Program-made: the position numbers and the translations under genes
Part shown: piece by piece, positions 9,748 through 17,984 of the stretch
Numbering within the stretch: position 1 is the first letter of the stretch
Layout: each line of letters starts with the position of its first letter
Notes under the pieces: generated by a model
Told to the model about the DNA's origin: nothing
Databases searched by the model: none
The model's input: the letters and a program-made list of their open reading frames with translations, nothing else
NCBI GenBank assembly: GCA_030637655.1
Contig: DAOWGI010000027.1
Coordinates: 32,001 to 96,000, forward strand
Reading direction: 5' to 3'
DNA length: 64,000 nucleotides
Source of the DNA: a candidate division FCPU426 bacterium
GTDB lineage: Bacteria; Oederibacteriota; JAAXVQ01; JAUVAV01

Positions 9748-10902
9748 CTACTTTCCTTTCTGTGCTTGGGCCGGTTGCACATTCACCAGCCGGCTTTGCA
9801 TATAGCGTTCACTATCTTTTTTAGCTTGCGCAGTAATCACCAACAAGTTTGCGCCGCGTGTCCAAGCCGGCCGGAAAGTCATTTCAATGCGGCCGAGTTG
9901 CTTGACATACTTTACCAAAACAGGTGATTGACCGCGCCGTACTTGAATGCTGGATACGAGAAGTCGTTTGACAAATTCCGGATCCAAATCCACATAGGCC
10001 CGGGTCAAGGGACCGGCAACCAAAACTCCAAGCGGGGGCTGCCACACTACTACCGGCAGCTCTTGAGTATATAATATTTTCCGGAATGTTGTCTCACGCA
10101 TTCCGCGTAAAATCATAGTTCTTTTCAGCGCTTGTCTTAAGGTACGTTGGCTATTGGTGCCCGGATTCACGGTGAAACAAAATTTATAGCCGGCCTCGGT
10201 CGCGACCTCCGCGACAGTTTTATCCCAAAGTCCATAAGGATATGCCAGCGCCATCACTTCCCCTTTAGACCAGGCCTGTAATTTTTTCCGGGAACCATGC
10301 AATTCTTTCTCCAGGCGGATACGATGTGCTGCCGCCGATTCACCGGAACGCAATTTGTTCAGCTTAGGATGCGTGGCCGAATGGGATCCAACAGCAAAAC
10401 CTTGCGCTTGTAATTCCAGCAAATCCCGGCGAGACAAACCCAGTCGCGAACCTATAAAATCCGTATAAATAAACAAGGTCGCCGGGTAGCCGTACTTTCG
10501 TAAAACCGGTTCAGCCTGCTTACGAAAATCTTTGTACCCGTCATCCACAGTAATTAACATCGCTTTTTTCGGCAAAGGTGTGGTGCCCTGCCAACCGGCC
10601 TGCAATTGGTCCAACGTGATTGGTACAAATCCTTCTTCCGTAATAATCTCCAATTGCCGGGTAAATTCTTGAACGCCTACAGAATAAGCATCTTTGGCGC
10701 CGTACTTGCCAAAGCGGTGATAGCACAAAACCGGAACATACTGCTGCCGGGCCTGCCCCGTAGACGCTGATATACTTTCCCGGTTACCGGCGGATTCCAT
10801 CGGCGATTGGGCGGCCAGAACGGGGCTGCACAGCAGCCAGGGTATCAGCATGACCCCCGGCAATATTCGCCAAAAATGTGTTGTGTTATTATTTGTTCTC
10901 AT
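9748..10902 (-). CDS. Secreted polysaccharide deacetylase (CE4/NodB)
   Basis: Signal peptide; VLCYHRF, ITVDDG, GSHSATHPKL, LAYPYG. Confidence 0.9.
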   Translation of the reverse strand: MRTNNNTTHFWRILPGVMLIPWLLCSPVLAAQSPMESAGNRESISASTGQARQQYVPVLCYHRFGKYGAKDAYSVGVQEFTRQLEIITEEGFVPITLDQLQAGWQGTTPLPKKAMLITVDDGYKDFRKQAEPVLRKYGYPATLFIYTDFIGSRLGLSRRDLLELQAQGFAVGSHSATHPKLNKLRSGESAAAHRIRLEKELHGSRKKLQAWSKGEVMALAYPYGLWDKTVAEVATEAGYKFCFTVNPGTNSQRTLRQALKRTMILRGMRETTFRKILYTQELPVVVWQPPLGVLVAGPLTRAYVDLDPEFVKRLLVSSIQVRRGQSPVLVKYVKQLGRIEMTFRPAWTRGANLLVITAQAKKDSERYMQSRLVNVQPAQAQKGK

Positions 10903-11522
10903 AACTTCCCGTCCCTATCCTTTCCTGCCATAACCGCGACAGTGGGTGTTGAGTCCCGGGGCCAAAGCATACGACTTAGCCTGTACAACCCCCAGCCCAA
11001 AGTAATTCCAATACCATACCCGACTAACACATCAGCCGGATAGTGCCCGCCGGAATAAATAGTTCCTAAACCAATCAACAAAGCAAATATGACAGCCCAG
11101 ATTCGCGTTCTGGCATCCAGAGAACCGGCCACCATAGCCAGCGCGGCGGCACTGGCAGCGTGAGTCGAAGGAAAAGAGAGCGAAACACTGAATAAATCAT
11201 TGAGCGGCACACACAAATGAACATCCGAAAGGATCATAAACGGCCTCGGCCTGTTAAAAAACAACTTTAATAGTTGATTATGGAGCAGATTGGAAACCAG
11301 CACCGCTGTTCCTCCCCACAGCCCAAGCGCTAAGGCTTTGCGCCAGCCGGCCCACACACCATAGCCGGCCATGACTACCAGCAAAAAGAGTAAAATCAAT
11401 TGGTCGCGTGCTAAGAGATACGTAAGATCAGCCAACACACGAACATACAACGTATCATTGATAAAACGAAAAAGGGCAACATCTATATGAACCATTTTTT
11501 CTACAAAAATCTGAAAACTCAC
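10899..11522 (-). CDS. PAP2-family membrane phosphatase (possible undecaprenyl-PP phosphatase)
   Basis: KxxxxRPRP, SFPSTHA, HYPADV motifs. Confidence 0.88.
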   Translation of the reverse strand: MSFQIFVEKMVHIDVALFRFINDTLYVRVLADLTYLLARDQLILLFLLVVMAGYGVWAGWRKALALGLWGGTAVLVSNLLHNQLLKLFFNRPRPFMILSDVHLCVPLNDLFSVSLSFPSTHAASAAALAMVAGSLDARTRIWAVIFALLIGLGTIYSGGHYPADVLVGYGIGITLGWGLYRLSRMLWPRDSTPTVAVMAGKDRDGKL

Positions 11523-12442
11523 AATTGTGCTGCTCCAATGATTTTATTCAAGGACGCCATACGATGTTGTTTGAGATAAGCCGTGATGCCGGACACAATG
11601 GTCTCGGCGATTTTCGGATCCCGAAACGTGCCGGTTCCGATCTGAATAGCGCCGGCTCCGGCCAATATAAATTCCAGCGCGTCCTCCGCGGTTTCAATAC
11701 CGCCCACACCAACGATTGGAATTGATACCGCTTGCTTTACTTTATAAACCAGATGAATGGCCACCGGCTTAACCGCCGGCCCGGACAACCCACCAATAGT
11801 ATTGGCCAATATAGGCCTCTGTTTTTCTACATCAATGCGCATGCCGATCAAGGTATTCATTACAGTCAAGGCGTCGGCGCCACTCTCTTCCGCCGCACGG
11901 GCCAGAGTTACCATATCCGTAACATTAGGCGAAAGTTTTACCCACAACGGCAAATGCGTTTTTCGACGTACAGCTTTAACCAATCGCGACAACACGACCG
12001 GATCCCGGCCAAACTCAATTCCACCAGCCTGTACATTAGGACAAGATACATTAAGCTCAATTCCTGCCAGCGGTTTCCGGTCCGCCAATCGTGTCACCAC
12101 TTCCAAATATTCCGTTGGGGTTGATCCGGCTACATTCGCAATAACCGCACAGGACAATTTTTTCAAAGCCGGTAGTTTATCGTGACAAAAAGTGTCCACC
12201 CCTACATTAGCCAACCCAATGGCATTCAGCATACCGGCCGCGCACTCCACCACGCGCGGCATGGCGTTTCCCTCTCGCGGCTGCAGGGTAATACTCTTGG
12301 CCACCAACCCGCCAAGAGCTTGAAAGCCAACCAAGCCTGAGAGTTCTGTGCCGTAGCCACAGGTTCCGGAAGCCAAAAGCACAGGGTTTCGCAACTGCAC
12401 GCCGCCAATATTTATTTTTAACGATGGTTGTTTTGCCCTCAT
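11519..12442 (-). CDS. pyrD: Dihydroorotate dehydrogenase B, catalytic subunit
   Basis: NPVLLASGT, MLNAIGLAN, ELNVSCPN, VKLSPNVTD, GGLSGPAVKP. Confidence 0.97.
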   Translation of the reverse strand: MRAKQPSLKINIGGVQLRNPVLLASGTCGYGTELSGLVGFQALGGLVAKSITLQPREGNAMPRVVECAAGMLNAIGLANVGVDTFCHDKLPALKKLSCAVIANVAGSTPTEYLEVVTRLADRKPLAGIELNVSCPNVQAGGIEFGRDPVVLSRLVKAVRRKTHLPLWVKLSPNVTDMVTLARAAEESGADALTVMNTLIGMRIDVEKQRPILANTIGGLSGPAVKPVAIHLVYKVKQAVSIPIVGVGGIETAEDALEFILAGAGAIQIGTGTFRDPKIAETIVSGITAYLKQHRMASLNKIIGAAQL

Positions 12443-12455
12443 TTTATTCCCTTTC

Positions 12456-12669
12456 GTAACTACTCAGGTCTGCAAAAAGCGGGTCACTTTGGTCTTTTTT
12501 TAAGCGTGGCAGCGGTAACTGCAAAGATGTGGTTTAGAAAAACCCATCCCCCTATTGCCCGTTATCAGCCTAGACCTTGGTTTTCCGCTTTGCCATGCTG
12601 GAAAAAAGACCAAAGTGACCTGCCCGACGTGAATATTTGAATACTTTTTTTACACTCCTGAGTAGTTAC
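12456..12669. mobile_element. IS66-type MITE (GTAACTACTCAGG ends), copy 1, overlapping the pyrK stop codon
   Basis: Perfect 13-bp TIR; internal IR ggtcactttggtctttttt / aaaaaagaccaaagtgacc; 8-bp duplication TCCCTTTC / TCCCATTC (1 mismatch); near-identical to 13446-13659. Confidence 0.88.
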
Positions 12670-13421
12670 TCCCATTCAACCTCAAAGGCATTAAATACCG
12701 GCCCGTCTTTGCATACCCGCTGATAGGTTCCAGCTACGCGAACCACACACCCATTGCACACACCCATTCCACATGCCATAACTTCTTCCAATGAAACTTC
12801 CGTTGGAATCGCGTGCTTACGGGCAATCTGAGTTACAGCCCGTAACATCGGATTAGGTCCTGCGGCGGCAATTATTACCTTATGCTTCAGTTGACTAAGC
12901 CGCTCTTCCAATACTTGCGTGACCAATCCCCGGGCGCCAAAACTTCCATCTTCGGTCGCGCAAGCCAAGGTGGCTCCCGCCTGCCTTAGCTCTCGGCGTA
13001 ACAGCAAGTCTTTTTTACAACGACCGCCCATCAGCACTTCCGCCGAACGACCTTGCGCTTTCACTTTATCCAAGAGAAACAGTAAGGGCGCTATGCCAAA
13101 ACCACCGCCAACCAAAAGCCTGGGGGTTTTTCCGGATAGTGTAAATCCGTTGCCAAACGGACCGGTGATATCAATATCATCTCCCAGGCTTTGCTGAGCA
13201 AGAAGTTGCGTGCCCCTGCCCACGGTTTTGACGAGCAGCTCAATAGTTGTGGCCGTGGCGCGACAAATCGAAAAAGGACGGCGCCAAAACGGCGATTGCT
13301 CTCCTGCCACTTTTATCTCCACAAATTGCCCGGGTTTGGCTGCGCGAGCAATGCTCGGAGCGTTAAACACCAAATAATGGTACACACCTAAACGCTTATG
13401 TTTTATTAAAACAGCTTTCAT
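12666..13421 (-). CDS. pyrK: Dihydroorotate dehydrogenase electron transfer subunit
   Basis: PGQF, RRPFS, GGGFGIAP, MACGMGVCNGC...VCKDGPVF. Confidence 0.96.
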   Translation of the reverse strand: MKAVLIKHKRLGVYHYLVFNAPSIARAAKPGQFVEIKVAGEQSPFWRRPFSICRATATTIELLVKTVGRGTQLLAQQSLGDDIDITGPFGNGFTLSGKTPRLLVGGGFGIAPLLFLLDKVKAQGRSAEVLMGGRCKKDLLLRRELRQAGATLACATEDGSFGARGLVTQVLEERLSQLKHKVIIAAAGPNPMLRAVTQIARKHAIPTEVSLEEVMACGMGVCNGCVVRVAGTYQRVCKDGPVFNAFEVEWE

Positions 13422-13445
13422 GTTACTTCCTTATACTTCTTTTTT

Positions 13446-13659
13446 GTAACTACTCAGGTCTGCAAGGAGCAGGGCGCTTTGGTTTTTTTTCAAGCGTGGC
13501 AGCGGTAACTGTGTAGATGTGGTTTAGAAAAGCATATCCCCCTATTGCCCGTTAGCAGCCTGGACCTTGGTTTTCCGCTTTGCAATGCTTGAAAAAAGAC
13601 CAAAGTGACCTGCCAGGTGTGAATATTTGAATACTTTTTTTACCCACCTGGGTAGTTAC
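13446..13659. mobile_element. IS66-type MITE (GTAACTACTCAGG ends), copy 2, overlapping the pyrC stop codon
   Basis: TIR gtaactactcagg / cctgggtagttac; perfect 8-bp duplication TCTTTTTT (13438-13445, 13660-13667). Confidence 0.9.
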
Positions 13660-14963
13660 TCTTTTTTGGTTGGCGTTTTTTCTCGTTGATAGACTATTTT
13701 CCCGGCAACCAGGGTTGCTGCTACTTCTCCTTTTACCTTCCAACCTTCAAACGGTGTGTTGTACGACTGGCTCTGGAACTGTGCTGCTTGAATGGTGCGT
13801 TCCGCTTTGTCGGCAAAAACCACCACATCCGCATCCGCATTAACTGATAACGTGCCTTTGGGGATTTTGAGAATCTTGGCTGGTTGATAACTCAAACAAT
13901 TGATAGCATCCAATAGCGACACGCCTTGACCTTCCACCAACGCTGTGAGCGTTAAGGACAACGAGGTCTCCAAACCACAGATGCCCGGCGCAGACAGCGC
14001 AAATTCCCTTTCTTTCTCACGACGTGAGTGCGGCGCGTGATCCGTGGCAATCGCATCAAGCGTCCCGTCTTTCAATCCAGCCAGCAAAGCCTGCTGATCC
14101 GATTGTTCGGAAATAGGCGGATTCACCCGGATATTGGTATCATAGTCGCTTAAACATTCATCCGTCAATACCAAGTAATGCGGAGCTGTCTCCGCCGTCA
14201 CCGGCACACCACGTGCTTTAGCTTCCCGGATAATACGCACCGCGCCGGCAGTGGAAACGTGCGGTATGTGAATCCGGCTTCCGATCTCCTCGGCCAATAA
14301 TACATCACGCGCGATCATCACTTCCATGGCAGAACGTGGAATTCCTGCCAAGCCTAAGACGGTTGCCATAAACCCGGCATGCGCAACCCCTTTACCGGAC
14401 AGCGCTTTTTCCTCAGCATGATTAATAATCAACAGGTCCAACATACCGGCATACTGCATGGCACTGCGCATCAAGACCGGCGAGCTTACCGGATCGCCGT
14501 CATCAGAAACCGCAATTACGCCGGCGGCTTTGAGTTCACCCATCTCTGTTAGTTTGTTTCCTTCACGGTTGCGGGTGATACATGCCACCGGAAAAACATT
14601 CACCACACCCTGACTTTTTGCTTTGGAAAGAATTAGTTCCACCATGGCCAGATTATCAATGGGCGGATCGGTATTGGGCATGCACGCCACACTGGTAATA
14701 CCACCAGCCGCGGCTGCCCGGGTGCCGGAGGCAATAGTTTCTTTATATTCCGCTCCCGGCTCACGTAAATGCACATGCATGTCCACCAAACCGGGAGCAA
14801 CCACTTTGCCTGTGGCCTCTATGGTCTGGTCTTGCTTCCCGGTTTTTATTGCGTTTAGTTTGGTAAGCGCGGTAATTTTTCCTTTTTCCATCCAGAGATC
14901 ACCTACCGCATCGTGCCCGGAAGCCGGATCCAGAATCCTACCGCCTTTAATCACTGTTCTCAT
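13656..14963 (-). CDS. pyrC: Dihydroorotase
   Basis: DMHVHLREPG, MPNTDP, ATDHAPH; start ATG 14963 with GGAGGT RBS. Confidence 0.96.
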   Translation of the reverse strand: MRTVIKGGRILDPASGHDAVGDLWMEKGKITALTKLNAIKTGKQDQTIEATGKVVAPGLVDMHVHLREPGAEYKETIASGTRAAAAGGITSVACMPNTDPPIDNLAMVELILSKAKSQGVVNVFPVACITRNREGNKLTEMGELKAAGVIAVSDDGDPVSSPVLMRSAMQYAGMLDLLIINHAEEKALSGKGVAHAGFMATVLGLAGIPRSAMEVMIARDVLLAEEIGSRIHIPHVSTAGAVRIIREAKARGVPVTAETAPHYLVLTDECLSDYDTNIRVNPPISEQSDQQALLAGLKDGTLDAIATDHAPHSRREKEREFALSAPGICGLETSLSLTLTALVEGQGVSLLDAINCLSYQPAKILKIPKGTLSVNADADVVVFADKAERTIQAAQFQSQSYNTPFEGWKVKGEVAATLVAGKIVYQREKTPTKKE

Positions 14964-15885
14964 CGGACTCACCTCCAGATAACAAATATAGAACGGCCAT
15001 TCGCACAGCCACACCATTGGTCACCTGATCCAATATAACCGCATTCGGACCATCGGCTACACGGGGTGATATTTCAATGCCGCGATTCATGGGACCTGGA
15101 TGCATAATCAGAACATCCGGTTTGGCCAGTTTTAAACGACGCGCGTTCACACCATACAAGTGCGCGTATTCTCTGGCACTGGGAAAGCAATGCCCGTCTT
15201 GCCGTTCCAGCTGAATACGCAGAATATTTATTACATCCGCGCCGGCAATCGCTTCTTCCAGGCGATAATAGACTTCCACTCCCAATTTGGCAAAACTTTT
15301 AGGAATCAAGGTGGCCGGACCGACGATCCGGACTTTAGCTCCAAGTTTGAGCAATCCTCTAATGTTGGAGCGTGCCACGCGTGAATGCGTGATATCCCCC
15401 ACCAAGGTCACAATCAAATCCGTAAATGATTTTTTATATTCACGAATGGTGTACAGGTCCAGCAAACCCTGCGTGGGATGCGCGTGCGTTCCATCCCCGG
15501 CGTTAATCACAGAGGCTTTGCTGTTTTTGGCAACCAGTCCAACCGCGCCCGAACAGGAATGCCGCATGATAATCGTATGCACATTCATGGCTTCTATATT
15601 ACTTACGGTGTCCAGCAAACATTCACCCTTCACCAGCGATGACGCGGAAGCGGTAAAATTAACCACATCCGCCGAAAGCCGCTTGGCCGCTAATTCAAAA
15701 GAAGTCCGTGTGCGCGTTGATGGTTCAAAAAATAGATTCACTACTGTTTTCCCGCGTAAGGCCGGCACTTTCTTGATGGGACGCTGTCCCACTTCTTTAA
15801 AGGACTTGGCGGTATCCAATATTTCTATAATTTCTTCCACGCTTAGCGCATGCAGGGTTAATAAGTCCTTGCTTTTCAGTCCCAA
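14947..15885 (-). CDS. pyrB: Aspartate carbamoyltransferase catalytic subunit
   Basis: FFEPSTRTRTSFE, HPTQGLLD, MHPGP; probable TTG start at 15885 with AAGGGGG RBS. Confidence 0.96.
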   Translation of the reverse strand: MGLKSKDLLTLHALSVEEIIEILDTAKSFKEVGQRPIKKVPALRGKTVVNLFFEPSTRTRTSFELAAKRLSADVVNFTASASSLVKGECLLDTVSNIEAMNVHTIIMRHSCSGAVGLVAKNSKASVINAGDGTHAHPTQGLLDLYTIREYKKSFTDLIVTLVGDITHSRVARSNIRGLLKLGAKVRIVGPATLIPKSFAKLGVEVYYRLEEAIAGADVINILRIQLERQDGHCFPSAREYAHLYGVNARRLKLAKPDVLIMHPGPMNRGIEISPRVADGPNAVILDQVTNGVAVRMAVLYLLSGGESDENSD

Positions 15886-15901
15886 GCGCTTGTCCCCCTT
15901 T

Positions 15902-16459
15902 TCATTCTTTGCTCCCTGGAGCTTGTAACTGTATGACGTCCGGTTCCGGGCCTTCCTGTAATTGCACCACAACTTTTTCACTTCGGGCCGTAGGCAAATT
16001 CTTGCCTACAAAATCAGCATGAATTGGCAACTCACGATGTCCTCGATCCACCATCACCGCCAACTGAATTTGTTGCGGCCGTCCGTAATTATTGAGTTCA
16101 TCCATGGCAGCTCTAATAGTTCGGCCGGTAAACAACACGTCATCGACCAGGACCACGCGTTTCGCTTCCAAATCAAAAGGTAAATGTGTGGGTTGCTTAC
16201 TCGCTTGTCGTTTCGCATTTCTATGCGCGTCATCGCGATGAAACGTGATATCCAAGGCGCCGACCGGAGGTGTTGTGCCTTCAATGGCACCAATGTGTTT
16301 AGCAATACGTTTGGCAATTATATCCCCGCGTTTTAGAATTCCGATCAAAACCATGTTTTCCACTCCGTGATTGCGTTCACAAATTTCATGCGCAATACGA
16401 GACACTGCCCGTCTTATGGTTTCAGCATCCATGACTTGCTTGGTTTTTATTTCCGACAT
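15902..16459 (-). CDS. pyrR: Pyrimidine operon attenuation protein / UPRTase PyrR
   Basis: RIAHEICERN, LVDDVLFTGRTIRAAMD, VDRGHRELPI; true start ATG 16459 with GGAGGG RBS. Confidence 0.96.
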   Translation of the reverse strand: MSEIKTKQVMDAETIRRAVSRIAHEICERNHGVENMVLIGILKRGDIIAKRIAKHIGAIEGTTPPVGALDITFHRDDAHRNAKRQASKQPTHLPFDLEAKRVVLVDDVLFTGRTIRAAMDELNNYGRPQQIQLAVMVDRGHRELPIHADFVGKNLPTARSEKVVVQLQEGPEPDVIQLQAPGSKE

Positions 16460-16477
16460 GGTTTCCCTCCGTTGGCC

Positions 16478-16518
16478 AAAAAAAAACCTCCCCTGTGTCT
16501 TGCCAAATGGGAGGTTTT
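16478..16518 (-). terminator. Attenuator terminator of the pyr leader
   Basis: Minus strand AAAACCTCCC...GGGAGGTTTTTTTTT hairpin plus U-tract just before the pyrR RBS. Confidence 0.85.
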
Positions 16519-16546
16519 CCAGCTGTAGCATTAGTCTAAAACAGCA

Positions 16547-16580
16547 CCCTTTCCAGTCTCGCAGAACCAGTTTAAAGGAT
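16547..16580 (-). promoter_or_regulatory. PyrR binding RNA element
   Basis: Minus strand AUCCUUUAAACUGGUUCUGCGAGACUGGAAAGGG matches the PyrR-element pattern (CCUUUAA...GNGAG.CU...AAGG); lies between promoter and terminator. Confidence 0.85.
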
Positions 16581-16596
16581 TGTTTTTTCGTTTCTG

Positions 16597-16625
16597 ACAA
16601 TACCCCGGCTTTGACTTTCTGTCAA
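16597..16625 (-). promoter_or_regulatory. sigma70-type promoter of the pyr operon
   Basis: TTGACA-N17-TATTGT. Confidence 0.7.
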
Positions 16626-16644
16626 GGAAGATTGCCGGAGAAAA

Positions 16645-16822
16645 TTATCATGTGAGTGAAGCGGGAAAAACCTAATCCGGATAAATCGGAACCAAAATTA
16701 GCCGCCGATAAACGCAGATAGACGCAGATATTTATAGCTTAAGAGATAAAATAATTTTAATCTATATTTATCGGCGTTCATCGGCGGTTAATTTTCTTTT
16801 CATTAGTTCACTGACATATTAC
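16645..16822. mobile_element. IS66-type MITE (ATGTCAGTGAA family) with GCCGATGAACGCAGAT-type cargo
   Basis: Right TIR ttcactgacatattac; degenerate left TIR ttatcatgtgagtgaa; perfect 8-bp duplication GGAGAAAA (16637-16644, 16823-16830). Confidence 0.8.
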
Positions 16823-16887
16823 GGAGAAAAGATAATATAATGGCGCAGAGGCGGTTGTCTTTGGTTTGTTATTTTATGGCCCTAAAT

Positions 16888-16923
16888 AAAAACCGGGGGA
16901 ACAAAATTGTTCCCCCGCTTTTT
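16888..16923 (-). terminator. Intrinsic terminator after the small lysine-rich gene
   Basis: CGGGGGAACAA-loop-TTGTTCCCCCG hairpin with T-tracts. Confidence 0.8.
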
Positions 16924-16954
16924 AGAACTTATAATTCACCTGCTGGTGCATAAA

Positions 16955-17065
16955 TTATTTCTTTTTCTTTGCGACTTTCTTCTTCACGACTTTCTTCTTC
17001 ACCACTTTTTTCGCCGCGACTTTCTTCTTCACCACTTTCTTCGCCGCTTTCTTTTTCACTGGCAT
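16955..17065 (-). CDS. 36-aa Lys/Val/Ala-rich histone H1-like small protein (not in ORF track)
   Basis: MPVKKKAAKKVVKKKVAAKKVVKKKVVKKKVAKKKK*; strong AAAGGAGGTGA RBS; own terminator. Confidence 0.85.
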   Translation of the reverse strand: MPVKKKAAKKVVKKKVAAKKVVKKKVVKKKVAKKKK

Positions 17066-17248
17066 TCTCTCACCTCCTTTACGTAATGGTTGTTTTTTTA
17101 GCCATCACTTAGTTTAATTATTTATAACACAGATTGTTCACTTTAATAAATATTTTTTTGTTCTTTGCTGATTTTTTTTAAAACAAAATATATTTTCTTA
17201 CTTACTAAAGAGTATCGTGATAATTTTATTTTTAATTAAATTGTTTTT

Positions 17249-17812
17249 CTATCGCACTGTTATTTTTTTCATCACGTCGCCAATTTTTATCGTTTGTACA
17301 ACATCCATACCCGTAGTGACTTGACCAAACACCGTGTACTGTTCGTCCAGATGAGGACTTCTATTTAAGCAAATATAAAATTGGCTGCCCGCGGAATCAG
17401 GATCCTGCGCGCGTGCCATAGCCACTGTGCCGACAAGGTGTTTTTGCCGGTTGAACTCGGCCTTAATTGCATAACCCGGGCCGCCGCTGCCGTCTCCTTT
17501 AGGACAGCCTCCTTGCACAACAAAATTAGGAGCCACTCGATGAAAGGTCAAACCATCATAAAAACCTTTTTGTGCCAGCTTAATAAAATTCGCAACCGTG
17601 TCCGGCGCGTCTTCGGGATAAAATTTAAAAACAATTTCACCCTTCTCGGTTTGAATGACCGCTTCAGTAAATATTTTCGCTTCTGCTTTCGGTGTTTCGC
17701 TCATTGGTTTTGCTTTCTCCTCCTTGTCAGCTTGATCCGGGGGCACGCTCGCGCAACCACCCAAGAGCAGCACCATCACGCCGGCTGCCGCGATCCATTG
17801 TCTTATTAGCAT
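17249..17812 (-). CDS. Cyclophilin-type peptidyl-prolyl isomerase, lipoprotein
   Basis: FYDGLTFHRV, VQGG, VAMAR, SAGSQFYI, YTVFGQV; LGGC lipobox from ATG 17812. Confidence 0.93.
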   Translation of the reverse strand: MLIRQWIAAAGVMVLLLGGCASVPPDQADKEEKAKPMSETPKAEAKIFTEAVIQTEKGEIVFKFYPEDAPDTVANFIKLAQKGFYDGLTFHRVAPNFVVQGGCPKGDGSGGPGYAIKAEFNRQKHLVGTVAMARAQDPDSAGSQFYICLNRSPHLDEQYTVFGQVTTGMDVVQTIKIGDVMKKITVR

Positions 17813-17902
17813 AATTATTTCCTCCCTCTGTAAAAATAGCGATGTGTCATCATACCTTAAAATAATGTTTTTTAAAAATAAAAATTCGCGTAATTTATTT
17901 CC

Positions 17903-17948
17903 ACCATAAATGTAGGGGCACGGCATGCCGTGCCCCTACATTTATGGT
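17903..17948. repeat. GTAG-type REP, perfect 46-bp palindrome
   Basis: accataaatgtaggggcacggca|tgccgtgcccctacatttatggt. Confidence 0.8.
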
Positions 17949-17984
17949 TATTATTTTTTGCAAGCCTACCCGGCACTTAAACAA

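Noticed and set aside
16460-16600. N-terminal extension of PyrR in the ORF track
   Set aside because: This region is the promoter, PyrR element and terminator; the RBS supports ATG 16459.
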